Position numbers and translations under genes: made by a program
The notes under the pieces: generated by a model
Told to the model about the DNA's origin: nothing
Databases searched by the model: none
Seen by the model: only the letters and a program-made list of their open reading frames with translations
From: Eledone cirrhosa
Taxonomy: Eukaryota
DNA: 64,000 nucleotides
Assembly (NCBI GenBank): GCA_964016885.1
Contig: OZ024741.1
Span: forward strand, 181,164,001-181,228,000
Reading direction: 5' to 3'
Part shown: in pieces, positions 41,087-59,663 of the stretch
How positions within the stretch are numbered: position 1 is the stretch's first letter
Layout of the letters: each line of letters opens with the position of its first letter

Positions 41087-41458
41087 AGGTTATGATTAGG
41101 GTAAGGGTTAGGGTTAGGGTTAGTGTTAGGGTTAGGGGTAACGTTAAGGTTAAGGTTAAGGTTAAGGTTAGCGTTAAGGTTAGGGTTAGTTTTAGGTTTA
41201 GTGTTATGGTTAATGTTAAGGTTAGGGTTAGGGTTAATATTATGGCTGGGCTTAGGGTGAGGATTAATGTTAGGGTTAGTGTTAGGAGTAGAGTAAGGTT
41301 TAGGGTTAGGGTTAATGTTAAGGTTAGGGTTAGGGATTGGGTTAGGGTTGGCGTTAGGGATAGGTTTAGGGTTAGGGTTAGGGTCAGCGTTAGGGTAAAG
41401 TTTAGGTGATAGTGTTAGGATTAGGGTTAGTGTTATGGTTAGGGCTAGGGTTAGGTTA
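41087..41458 (+). repeat. Degenerate interstitial (TTAGGG)n telomere-like repeat
   Basis: 6-bp periodic TTAGGG/TTAAGG/TTAGTG variants. Confidence 0.9.
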
Positions 41459-42042
41459 AATAACAATGAATCCAATGACTATTAAAAGAATATCAGAGGA
41501 ATGAAATTGAATTCTAAATTGTTACCTATTTTTATCCGATTACTGTTTTACTAGCTTCAACCTTTAGACTGCAGCCATCCTGGGATACCATATTAAAGAG
41601 ATTTAGTCGATCATATTGAACGCAGTACATATTTTTTCAAAGCTGGTACTTATTTTATTGAACTCTCCCTGTCAAGTCGTAACACCCTCCCCCTCACAGA
41701 CATTCATGCATATACATATACGACAAATTTTTGTAGTTTCCATCTTTCAAATTTCACTCATAAAGCCTTATTTAACTCTAGGCTACAGTAGAAGACACTT
41801 ACACAAGGTGCCACACAGGGGAAGCGAACCAGAAAACAGTTGATTGCAAAACGAACTCTTTAAGTATACAACTATGTCTACGCCTATATATGTAACGCAA
41901 AGTAATGTAAAGGCCCTTTATTTCTGGTGGATTCGTAGGGGCGCCGTCCGAACATAAAGCATGTCTTGAAAATTCGGAACCTGGAGGAGCCTATACTTTT
42001 CCTGGCTGGTACGCAGCCGATATCTTCCAGATAGACAGAAAG

Positions 42043-42482
<440 letters not shown>

Positions 42483-42533
42483 AGTAGAGAGAGTGAGAGA
42501 AAGGAAGAGACTGAGATAGAGAGAGGGAGGAAG

Positions 42534-42633
<100 letters not shown>

Positions 42634-43020
42634 AACTGCAGCACTGGACAGTTTTTTTTAAATTTATTTATCGATCTTGAACGTATGAAAGTCAAAGTTG
42701 TCTTCGGCTGGATATAATTCAGAGCCAAGTGACACGGAATAAATACCGTAGTCCGACGCTTTAACGGCTCTGTTGACACATTCATATATATGTATGAACC
42801 CGTACACAGGGGTATTAGGGGCGCCGTCATAATATCCGGAGTTTCTCCGGCATTCTAATTCTAAATCTGGGAGAAAGACAGTAAGAGAGAGAGAGAGAAA
42901 GAGAGTGAGGAGATAGAGAGAGAAATAGAGGGAGATAGAGAGAGAGAGAGAGGGATATATATATATATATATACACCCGCCCCACTCTCAAGCGTGAAAC
43001 TAATATTAAAATTTGTACTG

Positions 43021-43063
<43 letters not shown>

Positions 43064-44801
43064 CAAGTGGAAGCTTAGTAAAATCGAAGCTTTGGCTGTG
43101 GGCAAGCAAAGTCGACCTACAATAGGAATGAGTTAGCAAAGCACTTAATAACATACGTTTAAATAGCTTGACAAATTGAACATTGCGCAATGTTCAATGT
43201 GTCAAGCTATTTAAACGTGTATATATATATATATACAAATAAATAATCGAGAATCGAATCTCAGCCCACGAAATCACGAAACACAATCTTCGAAATGTGT
43301 GGCAGAGGGCTCAATAGTTTGGGTAAACAGAGCTATAACTATCGTTAAAATACCAACACATAGAGACAATGCTTAAAATCATTCGCACAGCCGAAAAAAC
43401 GACCAGGAAAATTCGGGTCACACAAATAATAAATTAATAAATTAATAAATTAAATGAATGTAAAATCTTACCCGGACCCGCTAGAAAGATGTTAAAATCT
43501 AGCTTTATGGGTTTCTGCAGTTCCTTAATCAATTACCGTCGGCCCACATAAAAATTATATCTGACTTCTGGTAAAGAGATGAACGAGGAAGCTGCTTTCT
43601 CAACAGGCATTTCGTTCAGAAATATAGAGACATCCGACCCGTTACTAAACGCACACGGAGTCCAGCAAGGGAGGGAACCCTATAATAGGCGAATGAATTC
43701 AGTAAAGTGTATATTTTTGTAAAAATACAAAATATCACATATCGAATTAGAGTTCTCAACAGACGTGTTAAAATTAACAAGAGCTATTCATCAGTCAATA
43801 AGATTATATATATAAATATATATATACCGAAGGAAGTGTGGTAAGGAACCAGATGCACCATAACGTATCCGAGTACTCAATACATAAGGTAGTAGAGTGG
43901 GTAATAGGAAAATGTTCAAGACCCCGACGGCAGAGCTCAAGCCGTTTCTACGGCTATTTCTGGACTAAATTAGAATTTTTAGCGCGGTAATAAATAGCCG
44001 AACTTTTCAAGGGGTAATTCCTTATATAGGAAGATTGAAGTTGTAAACACAATTAAATCTTTCATGGCGGTGGGGGTGACTGAACTTGCCTGTAGAACAA
44101 TGAGGGAGTGGGTGGAGCCGGTCAAGCGTTGAAAGTGAATTCTATACAGAAAATTCTAAGGAATGTGTATGAAATTAGGCTAGATAGAAAGCAGGCGAAA
44201 AAAGAATTCTGGAGGAATCTGAGAGTGGGAAGTTATAAAATTAAAAAGTTAATAAATTGAGATAAATTGAGATAAATTGAGGGCGAGGTAAGTCCTACGC
44301 AATCGGTGTTTACATGCAGTTACAAGTTCATCTTTTTTGTTTAGGAGATGAAATGGTTATTGATATGGTATGTATGAGAAATCTTGTACGAAATCTTGTA
44401 AATTCCTATATGATTCAGGTTGAATGATATATAACATTTGTGGTGTAATCTACCCTCGTAACTTTAGACACGGGTTTACTGTGTTTACTTCTACACATAT
44501 TAATATTATAATGCTCAGTATTTATACTTTGAGCTTGTTAATTGCAGGGTATCTATATGAGTTATTAACTCTATATTTTATTTGTATATATATATATATA
44601 TATATATATCAATCATATTTTTTTTATTTGTTTGACCCGAATTACTTGGTCGTTTCTATGGCTGTGCAGATAATGGTTTAATCATCGTCTCAGTGTGTTT
44701 GGACTTTTAACGTATGTTGTAGCTCTGGTTCGTTAGATTCTATTGAGCGCTTGCCACACATCTCGGAAGTTGTTTTTCGCTAATTTCCAATAGCCGAAAT
44801 A

Positions 44802-44981
<180 letters not shown>

Positions 44982-45181
44982 ACAAAGAAAGTATGGTAAG
45001 AAACCAGGTGGACCTCAACGCACCAGAGTAATCGATATTTAGGGTAATAGAGTGGGTAATAGGAAAAGAGTCAGGACCCCGACGGCTGAGCTCCGGCCGT
45101 TTCGACAGCTAGATCCAAACTGTTCGGATCTAGCTGTCGAAACGGCTGGAGCTCAGCCGTCGGCGTCCTGACTCTTTTCCC

Positions 45182-45218
45182 ATATATATAGAGAGAGAGA
45201 GAGGAGAAAGGGAAGAAG

Positions 45219-45256
<38 letters not shown>

Positions 45257-45310
45257 GAGAAAGGGAGGAAGATATATATATATAGAGAGAGAGAGGAGAA
45301 AGGGAAGAAG

Positions 45311-45342
<32 letters not shown>

Positions 45343-45437
45343 GAGAAAGGGAGGAAGATATATATATAGAGAGAGAGAGAGGAGAAAGGGAAGAAGATAG
45401 ATATATATATAGAGAGAGAGAGGAGAAAGGGAGGAAG

Positions 45438-45469
<32 letters not shown>

Positions 45470-45525
45470 GAGAAAGGGAAGAAGATAGATATATATATAG
45501 AGAGAGAGAGGAGAAAGGGAAGAAG

Positions 45526-45561
<36 letters not shown>

Positions 45562-45642
45562 GAGAAAGGGAAGAAGATAGATATATATATAGAGAGAGAG
45601 AGGAGAAAGAGAAGAAGATATATATATAGAGAGAGAGAGAGA
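45182..45642. repeat. Compound minisatellite (TA)n(GA)n-GGAGAAAGGGARGAAGA, about 11 units
   Basis: Direct reading. Confidence 0.9.
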
Positions 45643-46063
45643 AGGAAACGACCCTGATACTGTATTAGTAATTTTTTTAATCGACTTCGAAATGAGAGAA
45701 TTAACCTCGGCGGGATTTGAACACAGAGCACAACGGACTGAAACGAATAGCGAGGCATTTTAACTCCATTACACTAACGATTCTGCCAATTCACTGCCAG
45801 GCTGGTATGTAAATGTATATATTAGCTTAGAGAAGTATTTCGCCTTTAAAAGCTAAGTCTTGGTATGTTTGCCAACCAGCATTTTATTGATTCAAACAAG
45901 TCAACAGACAGCGCCCTATTGCCTTCTAATACCACTTTCTTTATCCACACTGATTAACCAGGCATCAAGTTGAACCGATGGATTGGTTATATACAGAGCT
46001 TTGGGATTAGAAGACTGAACGGGAAGAATGTATAATGTCTCCTTTTATCTCTACCTCTCTCTG

Positions 46064-46095
<32 letters not shown>

Positions 46096-46335
46096 TGTAT
46101 GTATGTATGTGTGTATGTATGTATGTGTGTATGTATGTGTGTGTGTATGTGTGTATGTTTGTTTGTATGTGTGTATGTATGTATGTATGTATGTATGTAT
46201 GTATGTATGTGTGTGTGTATGTATGTATGTATGTATGTATGTATGTATGTGTGTATGTATGTGTGTGTGTATGTGTGTATGTTTGTTTGTATGTGTGTAT
46301 GTATGTATGTATGTATGTATGTATGTATGTATGTA

Positions 46336-46366
<31 letters not shown>

Positions 46367-46511
46367 ATGTATGTATGTATGTATGTATGTTTGTTTGTAT
46401 GTGTGTGTGTATGTATGTATATATGCATGTATCTTTGTATGTATGTTTGTTTGTTTGTATGTATATATGTATGTATATATGTATGTATGTGTGTGTGTCA
46501 TCTCTCCCGGT

Positions 46512-46640
46512 GTTTGTACCAGAGTTTTCAAGTCGCTGGCTGGACTAAAAAGTCACACTCGTTCAGCGCATTGGTAGGGGTTCTCCTACATGGATATAAA
46601 GTAGTGGCCGTACTCGAAAACGAGTTGGCAGCCACCATGT
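46512..46640 (+). mobile_element. RTE-like LINE 3' tail fragment in (TATG)n
   Basis: VCTRVFKSLAGLKSHTRSAH; reverse complement of 5322-5450. Confidence 0.6.
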
Positions 46641-46863
46641 GTGTGTGTATGTATGTATGCATGTATGTGTGTATGTGTGTATGTGTGTGTATGTATGCAT
46701 GTATCTCTGTGTATGTATATATGTATGTGTGGGTGTATGTATGTATGTATGTATGTATGTATGTATGTATGTGTGCATGCATGTATGTGTATGTATGTAT
46801 GTATGTATGTATGTATGTGTGTATGCACATATATACATATATGTATGCATGTAAATACATCGA

Positions 46864-46932
<69 letters not shown>

Positions 46933-47268
46933 ATACACACACACACACGGACACACACACGCACACAAACACACGCACACACACACACACATATGTATAT
47001 ATATATGTAAATGTATATTTATGTATATGTGTGTGTATGTGTGAATGTGCACGTGTGTATATTCTTGTATTTATGGCTCCGTATGTGGATATATAAATAC
47101 ATGCACAGATCTAACTATCGATTTATCTGTCTGTCTGTCTGTATGTCTGTCTGTCTGTTCTGTCTGTCTGTCTGCCTGTCATTCTGTTCTGTCTGTCTGT
47201 CTGCCTGTCATTCTGTTCTGTCTTTCTGTCTGTCTGTCTGTATGCCTGTCCGTCTTTCTTCATTATTC

Positions 47269-47353
<85 letters not shown>

Positions 47354-47444
47354 GTACGTATGTGTGTGTCTATATGGGGAGTGTATATGTGAGTGTGTAC
47401 TTAAGTGTATTCTTGAATACGTATCTTTGCATATGGATATGTAA

Positions 47445-47544
<100 letters not shown>

Positions 47545-47636
47545 AAGTACTTTTTCCTATTTCCCACTCTACTACCCTAAGTATTGAGTACTCTGGTGCG
47601 TTATGGTCCATCTAGTTCCTTACCACGATTCCTTTG

Positions 47637-47704
<68 letters not shown>

Positions 47705-48152
47705 TTAAGTCGTTTGGAAGCCTCGACAATGCAAATGGGTAAATCTCCGGGTAACAAGGTCCGGTAGTGGAGAGAGAGATGTAAGTGGGTGTACGTTGAG
47801 ATGCGTGGTGTGTATAACATGTGTGAGATGTGTAGAATGAAGGGAAGAGTATAAAGGATAAAAATAAAAATAAAAATAAAAATAAAAATAAAATTAACAA
47901 CACAAGAGAGAGTTACCTTGGGAGAGATTTACTAGTCCCTATATATTTCGGATTCACATCCATCAACTGGGGTTTTTTCGGGGTGGGGGAAAAGGTTGTC
48001 TGTCGGACAAATATATATATGTCACTTTTACAAAATTTACACTCTACTCATATGTATTGAATGCTCATTTAAACGTTTTAAGTACTATGGTATTCTAAAT
48101 ACACATTCTCTCTCTCTCCCTCTCCCTCTCTCTCCCTCTCCCTCTCTCTCTG

Positions 48153-48217
<65 letters not shown>

Positions 48218-48261
48218 CATATATACACGCACACACATGTATGTGTGTATGCATGTATGCG

Positions 48262-48306
<45 letters not shown>

Positions 48307-48717
48307 ATGTATATTGTTTCATCCGCTTAGCAGCTTTAGAACATGTCAGAAAATTAACATGAAGGATTTTGTTAGAAGAATTAGTGGCTTAAGGACTGAA
48401 GCTGGAAGTTAAATTCAGTTAGTATATCCGGTTTCACGAAATCACGTAGTTGAAGGCCTTGATCTTCAATATATATATGTGTACACGTATATTTAGGTAC
48501 GGATATATGGTTGCGCGTGACTTAGTGTTTACGGTTTTCGACGTACGATCTTAAGGTCGTAAATTCGGTTCTCGGTGGCGAGTTGTGTCATTGAACAAGA
48601 CTCTTTATGTCATATTGTTCCAGTCCACTTAACTAGCAAACATAAGTTGTTTACGTAATTCAAATGCAAGCCCTGTTGCACACAAGGCGGGGTCCGGTAA
48701 AGTAGAGAAGAGAAGGA

Positions 48718-48932
48718 TAATGGTTTCTTATATAGGCACAAGGCAAGCAATTTTGGGGGAGGGGAAAGTCAATTAAATTGACCCCAGTGCGTGACAAGTA
48801 CTTTATTTTATCGATCCCGTAAGGATGAAAGGCAAAGTTAACATCGGCGGGATTTGAACTCAGATAATAAAAGGCCGTAACTCTATGCTGCAAAGCATGT
48901 CCGACGCTCTACCGATACTGTCAATCGACCGC
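48718..48932 (-). mobile_element. tRNA-derived SINE (partial plus-strand copy at 49073-49178)
   Basis: Same family motifs GGATGAAAGGCAAAGTTAAC..GGGATTTGAACTCAG. Confidence 0.85.
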
Positions 48933-49390
48933 CATAGAGCAGAGAAGGATGAAGTTGTGGATATCTTTTGATTGGAACGTTCTGAGAATCCAGGAACACA
49001 TTTTGCGGGCCACGTCCACTTTGCTGTTTATAAGAGTGGCCCAGCTTATGTTGTTATTAACTCCCTGTGTGATCTGAGTTCAAATCCCGCCGAGGTTAAC
49101 TTTGCCTTTCATCCTTCCGGGGTCCAGTAATGCATTGGGTAATTGCTGGCCTTGTGCCAAAAGTAGAAACAGTTATTAACATTTACTCTCGCGGTCGGGA
49201 TTTTACATATCTCTATATCAACTCAACATATTCCTATGTATCGAGTACTCACATGATTAGTAGTTTCTTCACTCTCAACACCACAGACTGTCTCTCCCCA
49301 CCTCTCTCTCTTTGTCTCTGTCTCTCTCTCGTTGTCTCTGTCTCTCTCTCTGTCTCTCTCTCTTTCTCCGCCCTCTCTCTATATATACTG

Positions 49391-49454
<64 letters not shown>

Positions 49455-49591
49455 GTGTGTGTGTGTGTGTATCCTGGGTTTAATCGGGGGTAACCACAAT
49501 ATGTGAGGTACTCAATACATAGTAGAGTATATATAATATTTAATATAGAAATGACTTCTACAGGACTAGAACTGTTTCATTCAATATATAT

Positions 49592-51470
<1,879 letters not shown>

Positions 51471-51521
51471 TATATATATATATATTCACACACATACACA
51501 CACACACATATATATATGTGC

Positions 51522-51552
<31 letters not shown>

Positions 51553-52505
51553 CATAAATATGTCATACCGCACATCTATTCTGCACGAATTTCTTGAACA
51601 ACAATTAAGGAATATTGCCTTCTCAGCCATTGTGGTCCCAAATCTTCTACTCTAGGAAATAATTATTACATTAATTATCTAACTGATAATCATTAGTCAG
51701 CAGCTCAAATTAGATTTCTTCTTTAAATGGTTTCCTAGAAATACGCAATAATTCATAAATTGGAATAAAATTTCTTATTATCTTTCATATTATTCAGAAA
51801 TAAATTTTTTATGAATATTATATAAGGTAAAAATAATTATCATCTATTAAATTATTTTTTCTTGCTGGAATTATGTTTTAGATAATATTTTACAAGCATA
51901 AAATATTACAAGCATAAAAATTATCAGATTTACTCTGATTTTTAATTTACAAGAGAAATATATTAGGCACATACGTTTTACTTTCGAAAACGAAAGTAAA
52001 ATTTAATTTAGACATTATCTTTGTTTTATATTGGTGTTGTTACTATTGCTACTGTGGTTGTTGTTATTGTAGTCGTTGTTCTTGCTCTTGTTGCCGCGAT
52101 ATACAAATATTCGATATACAAACTTTACATACATGCATGTATACAGCTATGCTGGAGTGAACATCTTAATTCTATTTCTTGTTCAGGCCGAGCCAACATA
52201 AAGCTCGATATATGCAAATGAGGCTAATCAGCCCATATACAAAAGCGTTAAAACTATATGTTTGTGGCTTATTTGAGTCCCAATATGAGGCGAGGAAGAG
52301 ATGCATAACCTTGACAACGACTAAACACCCAGAAACAACTATCGGTTGCTTCCCCCACGCTTCAGCTGGAATGGGGTAGATGGCGCCAGCCATCACCTTT
52401 AACATTCATAACTAAAGGCTTTCAAATGTTTAATCGTAAACATATCGTATATTCGCTATACAAACTTTACATATAAATATACATATATGAATATATATAT
52501 ATATG

Positions 52506-53231
52506 GGGGGAACTAAAAGGACGAAAAAACGGGTCAGTACTATACGAACATGCAAGACAACAACATGACGGTAACATAGACAACATAGAAATTAGAATAA
52601 TATCTAAACATAGAAATGACCCAGCAGATAGGCAAATCAGAGAGGCCAGTGAAATAGAAATTAGAAGACCAAGGCTAAACAGAAAGAATGAATGGAATAA
52701 CAACAACACCCAAATAAACAACACTGACCTAAGAGAAGTATAAATAAGTAAATAAAATAAAATAAATAAATAAATAAATACATACACAAGCACAATAACA
52801 ACAAGCACATAAACACACACTAGTCACCCATCACACAGCAAACAAAACACTATACACACAACCAAACGCATGCGCAAAGAAGACAAAATAAAATAAACAA
52901 ACAAGCAAATAAATAAATAAATATATAGACAGACTGAATAAAAATGGCGTAGACATACAATACAACAGGAGGAAAATATAACACCACTGACGATGTTGCA
53001 GATGTGCAACGAAAGATTTATGATAAACTATATATATGTGTTTGTGTCTATATTGTATCTGTATTATTTTTGAGCGTCGGTCAGTCAATGGCAACATTGA
53101 GGACCGAGTAAGTTAGATTACCGATATAAAAGACACAGAAGCTAGAAGCGAAAACCAACCAAACAGTGAGTGTGTTCTGTTATTAATTCTGGCAATATTA
53201 CACAAATATGACCCTCCCCAAGTATAACAAT
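52506..53231 (+). mobile_element. Second copy of the PLE 3' end, inverted relative to 49698-50447
   Basis: High-identity reverse complement; contains CTGACGA-TGTTGCA..TGCAAC-GAAA hammerhead-like core at 52987-53022. Confidence 0.88.
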
Positions 53232-53539
53232 ATATATATATATACGTATCAATGTAGCAATTATTTAAACATTTAAAGAAATTACCTGAAACGTTCAGTT
53301 GATTAACTATAAACATAATTGCAATGCCTGTGTAAACTCATCTTTAATATATTTAATAAATGTTTATGAGGAGAAATCTCAATTAATTTTTGAAAATCCA
53401 ATATTTTAATGAGATTTTATTACATACGGTATTTTATTTTTGTCTGATAAGCGAGCAATTTGGTTTGTTCACTCAAGAAGAAATATTACAGAAATACATA
53501 AATAAATAATATATAAACGGTGTTATTAGTGAGTGTCTG

Positions 53540-53950
53540 CCCATGCTTTGCAGCATAGAGTCACGGCCCTTTACGGTCTGAGTTCAAATCCCGCCGATGT
53601 TAACTTCGCCTTTCATCCTTACGGGATCGATAAAAAAAGCACCAGTAATGCACTGGGGTCGATTTAATCGACTTTCCCCTCCCCCAAAATTGCTGGCCTA
53701 GTGCCTATACTAGAAATCATTATTAAGGGCGGTCGATTGACAGTATCGGTAGAGGGTCGGACCCCATGCTTTGCAGCAAAGAGTTACGGCCCTTTATGAT
53801 CTGTGTTCAAATCCTGCCGAGGTTGACTTTGCCTTTCATCCTTACGGGGTCGATAAAATAACCACCAGTAAAGAACTCAGATCGATATAATCGGTTTTCC
53901 GAATGCCTCCAAATTACTGGCCTTGTGCCTAGACTAGAAATCATTATTGA
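53540..53950 (+). mobile_element. Two tandem tRNA-derived SINE copies
   Basis: B boxes GAGTTCAAATCCC and GTGTTCAAATCC with family tail, repeated head-to-tail. Confidence 0.85.
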
Positions 53951-54405
53951 GTGTCTGCAATATTTGATTATGAACTATATCGCCATCCACTGAGGTAACG
54001 CATTCGCCATTCTCTTCGCCGGGACCATAAAGGAACAACAAACTTAAACTTGGGGCTCATAAGTATGACGCAATAGTGGTGGAAATATCTATCGCCGTGG
54101 GGCCCAGGACCACCTCCCAACTTATTTCGATTTTGACGGTGAGAGTCGTCTGCAAGAACCATCTCCATAAGGACTAGCTAAAGAGCTATTCCCTACGGAC
54201 CCCTTCGTCGCTACCGTTCGTGTGTAACCCATTCGTAGTGCTCTATGTTGTGACCACGAGGCAACACCACGTGCTAGTCAATTTTTCACTAGCATGCATT
54301 GACGGAGATAATATATTCAAACAAGTAACTTAATTTAACAATGGTTGGTATTTTATTAGATATTATTTTATCACTAACATAGTAAGGGTTATTGTTTACT
54401 GTTTC

Positions 54406-54545
<140 letters not shown>

Positions 54546-54602
54546 AGGCCTGACTGCATATGTACGCGCGGCTATATGTATGTGTGTGTATATGGGTGCG
54601 CA

Positions 54603-54660
<58 letters not shown>

Positions 54661-54796
54661 TGTATGTATGGATAGATATATGTATATCTGAGGGTCCGTG
54701 TATGTGTACGTGTGTGCGTATGTCTGTGTATGCATGTACCTATATATGGGGGGGGTGAATATATGTATGTAAACGTGTGCACGCAAACGCGCGAGC

Positions 54797-54895
<99 letters not shown>

Positions 54896-55358
54896 ACAGA
54901 TAGGTGTGCGATCAGGAGCCCGAAATGTCTGTCTATGTGTGAGCACACGTGCGTGTGGGTGTTTAGGTGTCGAGCGAAGGGCAAACTAGGGAGTGGCAAG
55001 GCAGTTCATAACACCTTGACAATCTAGCAGTAATTCAGGCGACAGAACTAAGGTGAGTGACAGCTCATGCCTGAATGGAAATGGTCAGTGGGTAGATTTG
55101 AATGGTCAAACATTCAGATGACGTCTCGAACTCTTGACCAATCGACGGACCGCGCAAACAGGATGATGGCAGATGATAGATATTCGAAGGGTCGAAGTCC
55201 AACAGAAAGAGGGTTTGCTTCGAAATCACTAGACGTATCTGAGGAGCTTGCGAATCCAGAGTCAGGTTCGATCCACAAACACATCGCACCTCGAGCTGTT
55301 CGCCGGAGAAACAATACGTAATAAATTGCGTTCCGAAGCATCACTGATTCTTCGTTTT

Positions 55359-55394
<36 letters not shown>

Positions 55395-55788
55395 TAAAAT
55401 AACAGATTAAAGTATAAGAGAACATTAGTCTACGACCTCTTTTATACCATAAACGTGGTTCTGTCTTTGCGCGTAATTGTTTTTCACCGCTCCTATTAAT
55501 GACGTATTATTCGTTTTTTCCTGTTCTTTGCCAGGGAACGTTTCCACGAACCAAGGTATCGTCTTCCTGCCTTCCTCCGGTTGCAACGTTTTTTGAAATA
55601 TCCAGTTCTGCGTTTACAGATTGACTTTGTTAGTTTCAGAAGATCCGTTAAGGGTGAAAGCAGCGATTCTTTGCTTAAACTTTAATCTGTTATTTTAATA
55701 AATATTTGCTCTACGGTTCTTATATATTTGATATATATTTATCCTTATCGAGCCCTCTTTGGATTTTAGTCTTCAATTTTTTTATTAT

Positions 55789-55863
<75 letters not shown>

Positions 55864-56240
55864 TATGTATATGTACATACATATATGTATACAGACGTAC
55901 AGTAGTATGTATATATATACATACATGCACACATATATATATGTACGTATGGATTTACCGAGCATTTATTATAATGCTCGGTTTGTTTGTAAACAAACAT
56001 CCCGAATTAAGCCGTACAGTGTTTAGCAACCATCGTTGCCCTTTTGTTCAACACTGACAAAGGAACGATGTACTAGTTTCAAGCTTATTAGCTATCGTCA
56101 GCTATCAATGCTCGGTAAATCCATACGTACATATATATATGTGTGCATACTACTGTACGTCTGTATACATATATGTATGTACGTATACATACTTATATTT
56201 AAGTAACAGCCGTATTAAGAGTGAGAAATGAAATTTCGTT

Positions 56241-57233
<993 letters not shown>

Positions 57234-57261
57234 ATATATATATATATGTATATATATATGA

Positions 57262-58145
57262 TAAATGTAATCTGAGTCTTTCGAATATTAATAATAATAT
57301 TCGATTCGTTTGCAATTATGCAAACAAACCTAATTTTTAAAGCCATGCCAGTAGAATAAGCCCCTCATTCTTGCTCTTGTGTTGGCATGTAAACAGAACT
57401 ACAGACACTAATGTTTCTGAGTATTACCCTTTATCATATTAGCAGATCCACTGATCAGTCAGATTTGCATATCAGCAGACTAGCCAGTCAGATTTGCATA
57501 TCAGCAGACTAGCCAGTCAGATTTGCATATCAGCAGACTAGCCAGTCAGTTTCCATATATAAAAAAAAAAAATTTTCGCTCTACATGGCTGAATACAATA
57601 AATGTAATCTGAGTTTTTCGAATATTAATAATAATATTCGATTCGTTTTCAATTATGCAAATAAGCCTCATTTTTAAAGCCATGTCAGTAGAATGAGCCC
57701 CTCATTCTTGCTCTTGTGGCAGGCAAAGCCGGCCATTGATCGCTCGTATACAGGAAACTGACTGGCCAGTCTGTTGATATGCAAATCTGGCTGATCAGTG
57801 GATCTGCTAATATGCAGATCTGACTGATCAGCCAGTCTGCTAATATGCAAATCAGGCCGATCAGTCACTGTGTATTTTAGAAAATATCATATATTTTCAC
57901 TAGCACTGGCAGTTGGCAGGTGAACTGTGAGCTGTACTGATGAAGGGTGATACCCAGAAACATTAGTGTCTGCAGTTCTGTTTACATGCCAACACAAGAG
58001 CAAGAATGAGGGGCTCATTCAACCGACATGGCTATAAAAATGAAGCTTGTTTGCATAATTGCAAACGAATCGAATATTATTATTAATACTTGAAAAACTC
58101 AGATTACATTTATTGTATTCAGCCATGTAGAGCGAAAATCTTTTA
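57262..58145. repeat. Nested direct and inverted repeats with 28-bp subrepeat
   Basis: 57262-57420 repeated at 57598-57718 and inverted at 57950-58112; CAGATTTGCATATCAGCAGACTAGCCAGT x3 at 57460-57548 with inverted relatives at 57757-57867. Confidence 0.8.
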
Positions 58146-58147
58146 AA

Positions 58148-58192
<45 letters not shown>

Positions 58193-59228
58193 CTTATGTG
58201 TGATTCTTTGTATATGTGTGAAGTGTGTATTATATGTATATATTTGTATTTGATATAATCTGTACTTGTACTGAAGATAAAAGATCAATAACGGTAGAAT
58301 ATGAAATCTTTTTCTACTTCCTAACACCTTTTCTCTCTTACACACACACATTTACATTTACATCACCACTCTTGAATAAAGCTGTGGTATGCTTATATAT
58401 TCATGTATAATTGATATAAAAGCGTCATGTCTTATAAAGATATAGACAATCATACAGACACACACACATAGACACAGACACACACACATGCACACGCACC
58501 CCCCCCCCCCACACACACACATATATATATATGTAGAGATATATATGCGGACACACACATAGTACGTATATATACACACACATGTATATATATATAGTTT
58601 ATATTTAGATATTCGAATTATTTTTATGCGCATCTGCGGTATTTATTTCCATGCTATCCTATTATATATTCTAACCCGGTCCAGAATCAATGTCAGATCA
58701 ATAACCTATGATGCTGAAGAATGGATACTAGAATCGATTTCTACGCCATCGTGCCGTTTATTCTTAGACTGGTACAATTTGATGTCACCCAAGCAAAAAA
58801 AAAAAAAAAAAATCCGTCTCTTAGGCAGAGAACGAAGGACCATATTCGCAGCCTTTGTCACTAGAAGTAGTCCCACTAAAACTAGTAGAGAGTCAGGTGA
58901 TGGCAACTGAAGTAATTCTCCAATGTTCTTCAACCCTCGGGGCAAATAAAAAAGGATTGTAATTATAATTATAATTGTTTCTTCAATAGTTTCATGTAAG
59001 TTTATTTTGTGTTGGGTGGGTATAAACTACTCCTAGTTGGTGTACTGCATCAGCCGTGTTTTGTTATGGGGCTTAGTTTGTTGTTTCTTGTGTTATTTTA
59101 GTAGTTGCTCTGTGGAGTATGGTGTATAATGTGAGATGCATTATTTTATTGGGTAGTAAGGTTGTAAGATATATGTTGTGCGTGTTATATTAGTTTATTT
59201 TATTTTATTAGGTACTTATTGTATACAA

Positions 59229-59416
59229 CAGTGATTTCCAACATGGAGCGCACGCCCCACAGAGGATCAATTTGAATAAATAATCAGGGTAATTTCAAAA
59301 TGATTAATTTGTTTACACTTTGCAGTTGATCATCGCTGTTTTCCTATCAAAGTGGGGCATAACAATTTTCGAGATGTTGAGGTGAGGCATGGTGCTCAAA
59401 AGATTGGGAACCACTG
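59229..59416. mobile_element. hAT-type MITE, degenerate
   Basis: CAGTGATTTCCAA...TTGGGAACCACTG TIRs; TSD degraded. Confidence 0.65.
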
Positions 59417-59663
59417 ATATAGATAGTGTTTTGTGCATGAGGATTATTCTATTTGAGCTGTGTTATTGAATGAAAATCCTATGTAGGATGTAAGCTGTTC
59501 ATAGCAACGCTAATATTATTGGACATCGCGTAGTGTTGTGAACCCTAGTATGGCTTCTATGTTTTTAACCGCTACGTAGCGATGGTCGACCAACGCTTCT
59601 TGGCCACTGTCTTTTGGTCACGTTTTATGGAGCTTTTCGGTGATAAATATAAACGGTCATTTC

